Below, piece by piece: positions 25,360 through 38,117 of a DNA stretch of 64,000 nt. The translations under genes were made by a program, and so were the position numbers. Every line of letters begins with the position of its first letter. Positions within the stretch are counted from its first letter, which is position 1. The DNA lies in contig NC_043023.1 of assembly GCF_006345805.1 (NCBI RefSeq), positions 6,696,001 to 6,760,000 on the forward strand, read 5' to 3'. Source of the DNA: Octopus sinensis. Its lineage: Eukaryota. The notes beneath the pieces were generated by a model. That model did no database searches. It was not told where the DNA came from and worked only from the letters and a program-made list of their open reading frames with translations.

Positions 25360-26448
25360 CATCATCATCATCATCATCATTGTTTAACATCTGCTTTCCA
25401 TGCTAGCATGGGTTGGACAATTTGACTGAGGTCTGGCGAACCAGATGGCTGCACCAGGCCCCAATCTGATCTGGCAGAGTTTCTACAGCTGGATGCCCTT
25501 CCTAACGCCAACCACTCCGAGAGTGTAGTGGGTGCTTTTACGTGCCACCGGCATGAGAGCCAGTCAGGTGGTACTGGCGATGGCCATGCTCAAATGGTGT
25601 TTTTTATGTGCCACCTGCACAGGAGCCAGTCCAGCGGCACTGGCAACAACCTCGCTCGAATGTTTTTTCAAGTGCCACTAGCACAAGTGCCAGTAAGGCG
25701 ACGCAGGTGACGATACGCTTGAATGGTGTCTTTTACGTGCTTGTTGCTCTGGCAATGATCACGCTCATATGGTACTCTTAGCGCTCCACAAGTACGGATG
25801 CCAGTCATCAAATTTGAATTTGATTTCGATTTCACTTGCCTCAACAGGTCTTCACAAGCAGAGTTTGGTGTCCAATGAAGGAAAGGTATGCATAAGCGGA
25901 TTGGTTACACCACTGGCATAGGCCAAAAGGTTATGGTCTCACTTGAGCTTGCCAAGTCTTCTCAAGCACAGCATATTTCCAAAGGTCCCGGTCACTAATC
26001 AAGCCTCAGTGAGGCCCAATGTTCGAAGGTCATTCTTCACCACCTCATCCCAGATCTTCCTAGGTCTACCTCTTCCACAGGTTCCCTCAACCGCTAGAGT
26101 GTGGCACTTTTTCACACAGCTATCCACATCCATTCTCGCCACATGACCATACCAGCGCAGTCGTCTCTCTTGCACACCACAACTGATGTTTCTTAGGTCC
26201 AACTTTTCTCTCAAGGTACTTACACTCTGTCGAGTATGCACACTGACATTACACATCCATCGGAGCATACTGGCTTCATTCCTTGTGAGCTTAATTGTGT
26301 GTCCTCAGCAGTCACAGCCCATAGTTCATTGCCATGTAGCATGGCTGTTCGTACACATGTGTCATACAGTCTACCTTTTACTCTGAGCAAGAGGCCCTTT
26401 GTCACCAGCAGAGGTAGGAGCTCTCTGAACTTTGCCCAGGCTATTCTC
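25360..26448 (-). mobile_element. RTE-clade LINE 3' end with repeat-containing 3' UTR and (GAT)n tail
   Basis: MLRWMCNVS...RRLRWYGHVARM...GTCGRGRPRKIW; related pieces at 1950-2320, 3050-3160, 47620-48322, 49245-49900 and 51090-51300. Confidence 0.92.
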
Positions 26449-26595
26449 ATGTTTACATCGTTTTTGATGCCAAGTTCTCACATCAGTAAATGTTCCATGG
26501 TCATTTACTAGGATTCCTTTAACCCTTTAATATTTGGATTTTCCTGTGAAATGTAATACTTGTTTATTTATATTGTTTTAAATCAATGCATGTAA

Positions 26596-27291
26596 AATGC
26601 ACCAATCCGATTGTGGCCGTTGCCAGCCTCGCCTGGCACCTGTGCAGGTGGCACGTAAAAAGCACCAATCCGACCGTGGCCGATGCCAGCCTCGCCTGGC
26701 ACCTGTGCAGGTGGCACGTAAAAAGCACCAATCCGACCGTGGCCGATGCCAGCCTCGCCTGGCACCTGTGCAGGTGGCACGTAAAAAGCACCAATCCGAC
26801 CGTGGCCGATGCCAGCCTCGCCTGGCACCTGTGCAGGTGGCACGTAAAAAGCACCAATCCGACCGTGGCCGATGCCAGCCTCGCCTGGCACCTGTGCAGG
26901 TGGCACGTAAAAAGCACCAATCCGACCGTGGCCAATGCCAGCCTCGCCTGGCACCTGTGCAGGTGGCACGTAAAAAGCACCAATCCGACCGTGGCCGATG
27001 CCAGCCTCGCCTGGCACTGTGCAGGTGGCACGTAAAAAGCCCAATCCGACGTGGCCGATGCCAGCCTCGCCTGGCACCTGTGCAGGTGGCACGTAAAAAG
27101 CACCAATCCGACCGTGGCCGATGCCAGCCTCGCCTGGCACCTGTGCAGGTGGCACGTAAAAAGCACCAATCCGACCGTGGCCGATGCCAGCCTCGCCTGG
27201 CACCTGTGCAGGTGGCACGTAAAAACCACCAATCCGACCGTGGCCGATGCCAGCCTCGCCTGGCACCTGTGCAGGTGGCACGTAAAAAGCA
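26596..27291 (+). repeat. 63-bp tandem array (about 11 copies) within an RTE 3' UTR ending at about 27450
   Basis: Unit tgccagcctcgcctggcacctgtgcaggtggcacgtaaaaagcaccaatccgaccgtggccga, near identical. Confidence 0.97.
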
Positions 27292-28736
27292 CCCACCACA
27301 CTCATGGAGTGGTTGGCGTTAGGAAGGGCATCCAGCTGTAGAAACACTGCCAGATCAGACTGGAGCCTGGTGCAGCCTTCTGGCTTCCCAGACCCCGGTC
27401 GAACCGTCCAACCCATGCTAGCATGGAGAACAGACGTTAAACGATGATAATAATGAAATTAATCATGCACTACCTTGTAGTTTAGAGACATCGAAGATGT
27501 GATCCCTTAGTTTTAGAAAGACATTGTAGGGTTCAGGTGAGAGGTCAGATCTGGTCAGTTTCAACATAAAACAGGTTAAATAGTTTGGTCAGTTATGGCC
27601 GGTTTGAATGCTAAACGGTTACTCTCTTTACTCTTTTACTTGTTTCAGTCATTTGACTGCGGCCATGCTGGAGCACCGCCTTTAATCGAGCAACTCGACT
27701 CCAGGACTTATTCTTTTGTAAGCCCAGTACTTATTCTATCGGTCTCTTTTGCCGAACCGCTAAGTAACGGGGACATAAACACACCAACATCGGTTGTCAA
27801 GCAATGCTAGGGGGACAAACACAGACACACAAACACACACCAAGGCTTTGGTTGGTCCGAGGCTATAGTAGAAGACACTTGCCCAAGGTGCCACACAGTG
27901 GGACTGAACCCGGAACCATATGGTTGGTTAGCAAGCTACTCACCACACAGCCACTCCTGCGCCTAATTTTAATTTCTTTTTCTTTTGGTTTACCAAGGCC
28001 TAATTCCCCATAGGAGGGGGTAGCCACAACATGACCCACACCTGGCATTCCATTCATTTCCCAAACTCAAAGAGGTGAACCCCGTCTCATGCTTGGGTCC
28101 AGGCATAGAAAGCAAAAGCCTGACATCATATGCTGGTTTACCCCCGCCACATCATGCTGGTTCTGTACCCCTTTGAGGGTTAAAATAACAAAGCCAAAAG
28201 TTAACACACACACACATATAGGTGCAGGTGTCGCTGTGTGTAATGAGTTTGCTTCCCAACCATATGGTTCTGGGTTCAGTCCCACTGCACAGCGCCTTCT
28301 ACTATAGCCTTGGGCCAACCAAAGCCTTGTGAGTGGATTTGGTAGACGGAAACTGAAAGAAGCCCAGACCCAGGAAGACATGTGATGAGGTGGTGAGAAA
28401 GGATCTACAGTTTTTGGGACACACAGAGATGACGACAGGGAACCGAGACCCCTGGTGGTTTGCTGTGCTTTGCATACAGGCTTATCCCCTGCAAACCTCT
28501 CAGGCTGAGTATCCCTAATCATGTGGGCTCATAGGTGCTGGTGTCATGTAAAAAAACACTCATACCAGTGCTGAGCAAAAATACCCAGTACACTTTGTAG
28601 AGTGGGTCATATTAGGAAGGGCACATGCCAAGACAGACGAGGACCCTGAACAGCCCTTCAGCTGTTCAGCTCCTGTCAAATTGTACAACCCATGCCAGCA
28701 TGGAAAAACGGAAATTCAATGATGATGATGATGATG

Positions 28737-28768
<32 letters not shown>

Positions 28769-30280
28769 TATATTTCTTTATTCTCTACAGGGGCTAAACA
28801 TAGAGGGGAAAAACAAGGACACACAAAGGGATTAAGTCATTTACATCGACCCCAGTGCGTAACTGGTACTTGTTTAAATGACTCCGAAAGGATGAAATGC
28901 AAAGTTGACCTCGGCGGAATTTGAACTCAGAACGTAACAGCAGACGAAATACTGCTAAGCATTTCGCCTGGCTTGCTAACGTTTCAGCCAGCTATATATA
29001 GGCACAGGTATGGCGGTGTGGTAAGAAGCTTGCTTCCCAATCACATGGTTCCGGGTTCACTCCTACAGCGTGGCACCTTGGCACTTCTCAGCTGCTTTCT
29101 GGGAGGTAAACAGTTGGATTCTCAGTAGCCACCTGCTGACAATGAAGATGACGATGATGATGATGCTGATGTGTGTGTGTGTGTGTGTCTGTGTATTCTT
29201 TTACTTTTTTTTATATTTCAGTCATGTGACTGTGGCCGTGCTGAATGAAGCCCTGCCATAAAGGATTTTTTAGTCAAAGAAATCAACCCCCCAGGACTTA
29301 TTCTTTGTAATCCAAGTATTTGTTCTATCGGCCACTTTTGCCAAACCACTAAGTTACAAGGATATAAACACACCACCATCGGTCATCAAGCGAATGTGGG
29401 GAGGACAAACACAGACACACTCACATATCATCATCATCATCGTTTATCATCCGCTTTCCATGCTAGCACGGGTTGGACGGTGCAACTGGGGTCTGGGAAG
29501 CTAGGAGGCTGCACCAGGCCCAGTCTGATCTGGCAGTGTTTCTAGGGCTGGATGCCCTTCCTAACGCCAACCATTCCATGAGTGTAGTGGGTGCTTTTTA
29601 CATGCCACTGGCATGGAAGCCAGTCGGGGCGCTGCTGGCAATGGCCACATTCGGATGATTCTCTTATGTGCCACCAGCACTGGTATCACAGCTACATAAA
29701 CATATATATATACGACAGGCTTGTTTCAGTTTCTGTCTACCAAATCTACTCAAAAGGCTTTGGTCAACCTGACGCTATAGTAGAAAATAATTGTCCAAGG
29801 TGCCACGCTGTAGGAGTGAACCTGGAACCATGTAGTTGGGAAGCAAGCTTCTTACCACACAGCGATGTCTGTGCCTATATATAGCTGGCAGAAACGTTAG
29901 CACGCCAGGCGAAATGCTTAGCAGTATTTCGTCTGCCGTTACGTTCTGAGTTCAAATTCCGCCGAGGTCAACTTTGCATTTCATCCTTTTGGGGGTCAAA
30001 CAAGTACCAGTTATGCACTGGGGTCGATGTAATTGACTTAATCCCTTTGTCTATCCTTGTTTGTCCCCTCTATATTTAGCCCCTGTAGGGAATAAAGAAA
30101 TATATATATATATATATAGTGAAGTATATTTGCCATTTAAATATGGCTAACCCCTAAGGGTGGATGCTACTGTAGTTTGTAGCCCCGGGAGGACACCTCC
30201 TCCAGCAGGCTATTGACACACTTTCTGTGCCCTATCAGTATTTGCAAAGGGAAGCCATCCTTCCCGTCTTCAACCTATGA

Positions 30281-30327
30281 TACACATGGACTCGAGTTTC
30301 AGGGTATTGACCTGTCATCAGTGTGTG
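30281..30327 (-). ncRNA. type I hammerhead motif
   Basis: cacaca-CTGATGA-c-agg...cct-GAAA-CTCGAG-TC^ca-tgtgta; two extra nt before the 3' strand of stem I. Confidence 0.6.
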
Positions 30328-30452
30328 ACAATCACAGTTGTTGATGAAAAGTAGGTTCCCTTCGCAGTGATGTAAAGACAACGATATCGAAAAAGTGTAA
30401 ACAAGCAATAATAAATCTCAGAGCAAGTTATAAACAGTAGCTGCAGCACATC

Positions 30453-30497
<45 letters not shown>

Positions 30498-31078
30498 TAT
30501 ATACATGTCATTATATATATAATGGGTACAGTATATATAATGGTTAGAGTGTCGAGCTTATGATCGTGAGGTTGTGAGTTCAAATTCCGGACCGGGCTGC
30601 GTGTTGTGTTCTTGAGCAAGACACTTTATTTCACGTTGCTCCAGTTCACTCAGCTGTAGAAATGAGTTGTGGCATCACTGGTGCCAAGCTGTATCGGCCT
30701 TTGCCTTTCCTTTGGATAACATCGGTAGCATGAAGAGGGGAGGTCGGTATGCATGGGTGACTGCTGGTCTTCCATAGACACCCTTGCCTGGACTTATGCC
30801 TGGGAGGGTAACTTTCTAGGTGCAATCCCACAGTCAGCCATGACCGAAGGGGGTTTCAACAAGTTATAAAGGGACTCAGGGGTTCAGGCTTGCATGCATT
30901 GGTACTTATCAAAACCTGCCTAATTAATACTAATACTAATATTACAACTACTAATAATAATAAAAATAATAATTGTGTGTGTGTCCGTCCAGGGCAGTCC
31001 AATCTGCAATATAGACCCTACACCGGGCAAAGCAAAGTCCTGGGCCCTGCAGCATTTATTCTGATCTATGCATGCCAT

Positions 31079-31380
31079 GGAAGCACATGGCCTAGTGGTT
31101 AGAGCAGCAGACTTGCAGTCGAGGGATCACGGGTTCGAATCTCAGACCGGGCGATGTGTGTGTTTATGAGTGAAATACCTAAGCTCCACATGACTCCGGC
31201 AGAAGGTAATGGCAAAGCTTCTGCTGACTCTTTTGCCACAACTTTCTCTCACTCTTTCCTCCTGCATCTTGCAGCTCACCTGCGATGGACCGGCGTCCAG
31301 TCTAGGTGGGGAACCTATACACCAAGGAAACTAGGAAACCGGCCCTTATGAGCCAGGCATGGATCGAGAAGGAACAAACA

Positions 31381-31432
<52 letters not shown>

Positions 31433-31725
31433 AGGCACATGGCCTAGTGGTTAGATCAGTGGACTCATGGTTGAGGGATTGCGGTTCAAATCTCAGACCG
31501 GGCGATGTGTGTGTTTATGAGCAAAATACCTATGCTCCACGTGGCACTGGTAGAGGGTAATGGCAAACTTCTGCTGATTCTTTCCCCACAAACTTTCCTC
31601 CTGCATCTTGCAGCTCACCTGCAACGGACCGGCATACCGTCCAGGTGGGGAACCTATACTCCAAGGAAACCGGGAAACCGGCCCTATGAGCCAGGCGTGG
31701 CTCGAGAAGGAACAGGCAACAACAA
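31079..31725 (+). mobile_element. two copies of tRNA-derived SINE family D; also 20054-20240 and 20560-20840
   Basis: tggcctagtggttagagc A box, gggttcgaatctc B box, (CAA)n-like tail. Confidence 0.85.
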
Positions 31726-32133
31726 CAATGCATGCCATAGAATCGGGACCCTAAACCCGTGTGGACCCTGGGTAACTCAGTGTGTCCATGCCTTAAGGCA
31801 GTGCTGTTTGAATCACCAAATGTATGCACACACCTATTTAGATATATACACTTTCGTATTATGGACTAATGCTTAATAATCTTTTCTACTATAAGCATAA
31901 GGACTGAAATTTGGTGGGAAGGGGAACTAGTCGATTATGTCCACCTCAGTATATCACTGGTACTTAATTTATCGACCCCGAAAGGATAAAAGGCAAAGTC
32001 GACGTCGGCGGAGTTTGAACTCAGAACAGAGCGACAGGCAAAATACTACTAAGCATTTCATCCAGCGTACGGCCTTACTAATGCTTAATAATACATGATT
32101 GATTGATTGATTGATATATAGATAGCTCGATAG

Positions 32134-32166
<33 letters not shown>

Positions 32167-32193
32167 TAGATAGATAGATAGATAGATATATAG

Positions 32194-32229
<36 letters not shown>

Positions 32230-32497
32230 TGATAGATAGATACGTATACATATATATTCAGCAGTCCATCCATGCCGTTCCCCATTGCATAATAGTCCGA
32301 CTAACCATTCGCACACTTTATCCCTGAAATGGTCGTAAATTTCACTCTAATTAACGGTATTGAGTACATTTTTTTTAATCACACCAGCATAAACACCTGG
32401 ATGTGTGTGTTGTATGCACGTATGTATATCGCAAAGTGAGTGTACGAAATCTTTAGGCCGAGATATGGCACCCTGTTTAGTTTACATACCCACACAG

Positions 32498-32545
<48 letters not shown>

Positions 32546-32621
32546 TATATATAATATATATATATATATATAAATAAATGAAAGAATGGAGTCGAACGAA
32601 GATGTTAACAAAATTCCTTTA

Positions 32622-32703
32622 CTCTCGACACATGTTTCGAAGACAGCATATTTTCATTCCGAAGGAATAAAGGGTGCATTATGCAATCTTCTCATCAGGA
32701 AAG
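32622..32703 (-). ncRNA. type I hammerhead ribozyme, canonical core
   Basis: ctttc-CTGATGA-GAAGA...TCTTC-GAAA-C-ATGT-GTC^gagag; stem II extends through GCATA/TATGC and carries a C(TTCG)G hairpin. Confidence 0.85.
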
Positions 32704-32942
32704 AAAAGGAGCCTCTCTCAACAACAGGACAAACAAAAATTTCGATGATTGCTTACATGGCAACCAAAGCGATAATGAGTCTAATATATTCATTCTATAT
32801 CGAGTGAAAAAACAGTATGGACGATTTGTTTTGGAGTCTAGCAATACCATGTACGCCTGTGAGGATTTACTTTCCCAATGAAACTCGGTTTTTTCTCAAA
32901 CCTGTTATAATGTGATACAAGTCTTTGGTGTGGCAATTGTAC

Positions 32943-33035
32943 GCGGCTGAAGAAGGCTTTTGATCTATCTGTTATATCAATTATGCATTGATATAAGAAT
33001 AAGTTGTTCAATAAAGCCTGAAACATATGTACCGC
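32943..33035 (+). ncRNA. type I hammerhead ribozyme, canonical core
   Basis: gcgg-CTGAAGA-AGGCTTT...AAAGCCT-GAAA-CATATG-TA^ccgc; GUA cleavage triplet; inner hairpin tatatcaat/attgatata. Confidence 0.85.
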
Positions 33036-33073
33036 AAAATCCTTTGCATCTTGTTTTTCATTTACTTCATTTG

Positions 33074-33133
<60 letters not shown>

Positions 33134-33135
<2 letters not shown>

Positions 33136-33532
33136 GCGTAGCAGTGGCTCTGTGGTAAGTAGCTTGCTTACCAACCACATGGTTCCGGGTTCAGTCCCAC
33201 TGCGTGGCACCTTGGGCAAGTGTCTTCTACTATAGCCTCGGGCCGACCAAAGCCTTGTGAGTGGATTTGGTAGACGGAAACTGAAAGAAGCCCGTCGTAT
33301 ATATGTATGTATGTGTATGTGTATATGTTTGTGTGTCTGCGTTTGTCCCCCCAACATCGCTTGACAACCGATGCTGGTGTGTTTACGTCCCCGTAACTTA
33401 GCGATTCGGCAAAACAGACCGATAGAATAAGCACTGGGCTTACGAAAGAATAATTCCCGGGGTCGAGTTGCTCGACTAAAAGGTGGTGCTCCAGCATGGC
33501 CGCAGTCAAATAACTGAAACAAGTAAAAGAGT
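33134..33532 (+). mobile_element. tRNA-derived SINE family A (about 400 bp, CORE-like domain, internal microsatellite); more than 20 copies, e.g. 2321-2712, 15682-16082, 17992-18392(-), 38650-39086, 39530-39918(-), 46325-46735, 48830-49245, 61525-61900(-)
   Basis: A box tggctgtgtggt, B box ggttcagtccc, accttgggcaagt domain, aaaagagt tail. Confidence 0.92.
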
Positions 33533-33565
33533 ATATATATATATATATATATGCATGTATGTATG

Positions 33566-33760
33566 TACGAGAGAGTGCTGAAAAGTTCCTGGTTAAAGGC
33601 CCGGCTGTTCGTGTTCTTTTACAGGGCTTAGAAAAACTGAAGGACCACTGCAATAAGTCTGTGAACCCTAGAGTGGAATATGTTCAATAAAATCATAATT
33701 AACTGATCCTACTGTATTTTCTTTTACCCAAAGCTAAGAACTTTTTAGCAACAGCTCGTA
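33566..33760. mobile_element. mariner-derived MITE (related copies at 54070-54810, SINE-interrupted, and 63075-63282)
   Basis: tacgag..gtgctgaaaagttc / gaactttttagca..ctcgta termini with TA flanks. Confidence 0.75.
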
Positions 33761-34304
33761 TATATACATGCGCGTGTGTGTGTTATATATATATATATTT
33801 CTCTATGTATACAGATGTACATATGTACAAATGGACATATAAATACACACATCGAGAAATAAACTGTATACAAATATACTCGGACAGATATACATGCACA
33901 TATACATACATGTACACACGTACATATGCATATATTACAGGCATAAACACATACACACACAGACACACATACATATATATATATATATCTTACACATACA
34001 CCCACATACACATATATATATATATAAATACACGCACTGCCTATATATATATATGTATGTATACACACGTACACCATATATATATATATATCCATGAATA
34101 TATACATATATATATAATATATATCTTAAGCATACACCCCCCACACACACAAACACACATACATATACACATATGTATACATTACACACACCACAAACAT
34201 ATACGTATATATAATAGACACCACACACGTATATACATATATATATTACATATAAATGCACACCACATATATACACATGAATATACACAAACACACACAC
34301 ATAC

Positions 34305-34339
<35 letters not shown>

Positions 34340-34691
34340 TACACATATACAATGCATATATATTACACACACACACATTACACATGCTTACATTTATACA
34401 TGCACACACCACACACCACAAATATCTATACATACTAAACGCACGCACACACACATATACACACGGTGTGTGTGTGTGTGTGTGTGTATACAGGGCGGTT
34501 TATGTGTCATGTGTGAATGTACTGAAGAAGAATCCGGCAAGAAAACGAGTCGGAGAAGAATATTTGGGTTAGAGAAGGGCGGCGGACGGGGTGGGGGTGG
34601 TTAGGGTGGTGGAGACGGCGGTGGAGGCGGCGGAGAAGGTTGATTATGGCACCTGGGTAGTGGAATAGCAAGACTGCGGAATAAACACGCA

Positions 34692-34740
<49 letters not shown>

Positions 34741-35033
34741 GAGCAGGGCGTGTGTGTCTGTGTGTGTGTGTGTGTATGTAATGTATATATACAGAGATAG
34801 ATAGATAGATAGAAAGAAAGAGAGAGAGGGGGGGGGGAAAGACAGAGAAATATAGACACACATACATATATATATGTATATATATATATATGTGTATATA
34901 TATATATACAGTAGTTATATGTATTTATTATATATACAAGCCTTTATCTCTATCACACATACACACACACGTTATATTTTAATCTATATATACAAATATA
35001 TGTATGAGGAGAACATACATATTATATATATAC

Positions 35034-35067
<34 letters not shown>

Positions 35068-35074
35068 GTATATT

Positions 35075-35143
<69 letters not shown>

Positions 35144-35268
35144 TATATACACAGAGACAGAGAGAGACTAATACACATACACATGTCTATATATCTCTCA
35201 CACACATTTCTATCAATACATCTATAACACTCACCCATATTTAATGTGGGATATATATATATATATAT

Positions 35269-35300
<32 letters not shown>

Positions 35301-35494
35301 TCGTATTACATACCCTTTTATCCTTTTATCACACGCATGCATTATGTTTTTATCAACACACGCACATATATAATGTGTGTGGTGGGGTTTTTAAATAAAT
35401 AGACAGACAGACAGACAAATAGATAAAGAAAGTAATATACACACACACACACCACACACATCTCTATATATATATATATAAATCACACACACAT

Positions 35495-35536
<42 letters not shown>

Positions 35537-35545
35537 ATGTGTGTG

Positions 35546-35581
<36 letters not shown>

Positions 35582-35909
35582 GTGTGTTTAGATATATAAG
35601 TATAAATGTAGGTGGGTATATATAGGTTCAACACATTATATTTCTGTGTATACACACAGAAATAAGTATATATAATGTGTTTGAGAGATGTTTGTGTGTG
35701 TGTGTATAGAGGCGTTGAGTTATGTTTGTGTGTGATAGATATCTGATGAGTATGTGTGTGTATATATATATATATATATATTATGTATTTATGTGTATGT
35801 GTGCGTATATACATATATGGTTTCATAATTTGAGTGTGGTGTGTTTGTGTGTGTGTATTTATTTACGTATAGAATACAGGCAGACAGGCAAACGCCCAGA
35901 TGGAGGGGG

Positions 35910-35993
<84 letters not shown>

Positions 35994-36029
35994 TAGATAG
36001 ATAGACTGACTGATAGACAGTAGTATACT

Positions 36030-36061
<32 letters not shown>

Positions 36062-36147
36062 AAACTGGTTGTGAGCAGCTAGGTTAAATATACTTGTGGA
36101 TAAATTTGTATATGGATTATTAGAAAGATAGATAGGATAGATAGATA

Positions 36148-36188
<41 letters not shown>

Positions 36189-36220
36189 GTCGGTAGATAG
36201 AAGATAGGTTCTAGAAGATA

Positions 36221-36255
<35 letters not shown>

Positions 36256-36317
36256 TATATAGATAGATAGATGATAGATATAGATAGATAAGATAGATAG
36301 ACAAATGGATAGATAGA

Positions 36318-36348
<31 letters not shown>

Positions 36349-36368
36349 GATAGACAGACAGACAGATG

Positions 36369-36408
<40 letters not shown>

Positions 36409-36409
36409 T

Positions 36410-36443
<34 letters not shown>

Positions 36444-36820
36444 TAGCAGGTAGGTAGACGGCTAGACAGATTGTTAAATAGACAAATAGACATATTGATA
36501 GTTAGATAATTATATACATAAATAGTAAATTAAATAGATTGACAGATAATTATATAGATAAACTGATAGACAATTATATTGATATATAGACCGGCTGAGC
36601 ATTAATTAGATAGATAGATGGATAATTATATGGACAGATATACCGGTTGATCGTTAGATAATAGGTATGTATAGATTGGTAAAGGTAGAAGAATAGACAT
36701 ACAAAGAGATATACACATAGGTAGATATAGAGACAAAGAAATAGATAGCTAATTATATAATATATATATATATATGCAAGAGGGTGATTATAAATTGAGG
36801 GATATATATACATATATATA
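33760..36820. repeat. compound microsatellite block (TA)n/(CA)n/(GATA)n
   Basis: Low complexity throughout except a unique island at 34490-34695. Confidence 0.95.
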
Positions 36821-37029
36821 CGTAAACAGAGAAAAGCCTGAATAGATAGTGTAAGAGATTAGAGAGAGGAGAAGTAAGAGAGAGATAAAGAAAGTGATAG
36901 ACAGACTATAGATAAAGACATACAGAAAGCATAAAAGAAGGGGAGGGAGCATGGAGAGATAGAGAGGGGGAAAGATAGACAGAGTTCCCATATTTGGGTT
37001 TCTCCTTTTCTTTTTTTTTTTCCTTCATT

Positions 37030-37430
37030 CAACATGGTCGCCATTTTGTGCACGTCGGGTAGGTTTTTTGCGTTTGGGGGTCACAAAAATGTCGAATTTA
37101 AACGGTAAAGAAACAGAATGGATACATAGAAGGGTTACCTTCAATGTGTTAGACTGCTGTAATTTCTCCGCCGGATCGAAAGACGTCGACGGCAGTTGCT
37201 GTTGGCCCGCTCTTACATTCCTGGCCGCCATTTTGAAACTGCTCTGTGCTTCTAATACAGCGACTGCTGCTGATATTTGTGGCGGGTTGGTGGTGGTATG
37301 TGGCGGTGCTTCTCTGCTGTGGAACTGGTGGTGGTCGTGGCATAGTGCTGTACAATGTGGGGGTGGTAGCGGCGGCGTGGTGCAAGAAGTCTTGGTGGTG
37401 TAGCATGGTAATGGCGGCGGCAGGGCGGTA
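37030..37430. promoter_or_regulatory. CpG-rich promoter island with several YY1-like motifs
   Basis: CGCCATTTTG at about 37039 and 37226, AATGGCGGC at about 37410; CpG density well above the flanks. Confidence 0.6.
37139..37231 (-). CDS. candidate first coding exon of an unidentified gene (MAARNVRAGQQQLPSTSFDPAEKLQQSNTLK)
   Basis: CAAAATGGCGGC (YY1-like start context) in a unique CpG-rich island; donor AAG|GTAACC at 37138; an alternative donor AAT|GTAAGA would give only MAARN. Confidence 0.5.
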
Positions 37431-38075
37431 TTCCTAGCGCTGCTGTTTACCATGTTGGTGCTTGTTTTGTTTCTTGAGGTCCTGGTGTTGTGGCGTTTGG
37501 TTGTGGTGGTGGCGATGGTAGTAATAACAATAATGGTAATGGTAGTGGTGGTAGTGGTGGTGGAGGTGGTGGTGATGGTAGTGAGGGCGACGATCGTTGT
37601 GGTGTGAGACAAGGTTCTATTTCTGGTGGTGGTTTGTTTACCATGTTGCTGCTTATTTTGTTTCTCGTTGTCCTGGTGTTGTGTTGTTGTTGGTGGTGGT
37701 GATGGTGGTGGTGGTGGTGGTGGTGGTAGTGGTGATAGTAGTGTTTGGGGGTGGTGTAAAGCAAGGTGCTATTTCAGATGGCATTTTGTTTACCATCTTT
37801 TTTATCACTTATGTGTTTCAATCATTAGACTGCCACCATGCTAGGACACCGCCTTGAAGGATTTTGCTCAAACGAATTCACCCCAGTACCTTTTTTTTAA
37901 GTCTGGTACCTATTCTATTGGTCTCTTTTGCTGAATCACTAAGTCACGGGGACATAAATACACCAATTGTCAAGCAGTGATGGGAGACAAACCCACACAA
38001 ACATACACATATACAAAGGGCTTTTAACCTTGGTTAGCCCAAGGTGGTTGTAGAAGACACTTCCCCAAGGGGTCA

Positions 38076-38117
<42 letters not shown>

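Noticed and set aside
26564-27416. 241-277 aa repetitive ORFs on both strands
   Set aside because: By-product of a stop-free 63-bp unit in a LINE 3' UTR; no splice or start context
33745-35238. Long Y/I/H/T/C/V-rich ORFs (also 4538-5880 and 19480-19963)
   Set aside because: Translations of (TA)n/(CA)n microsatellites
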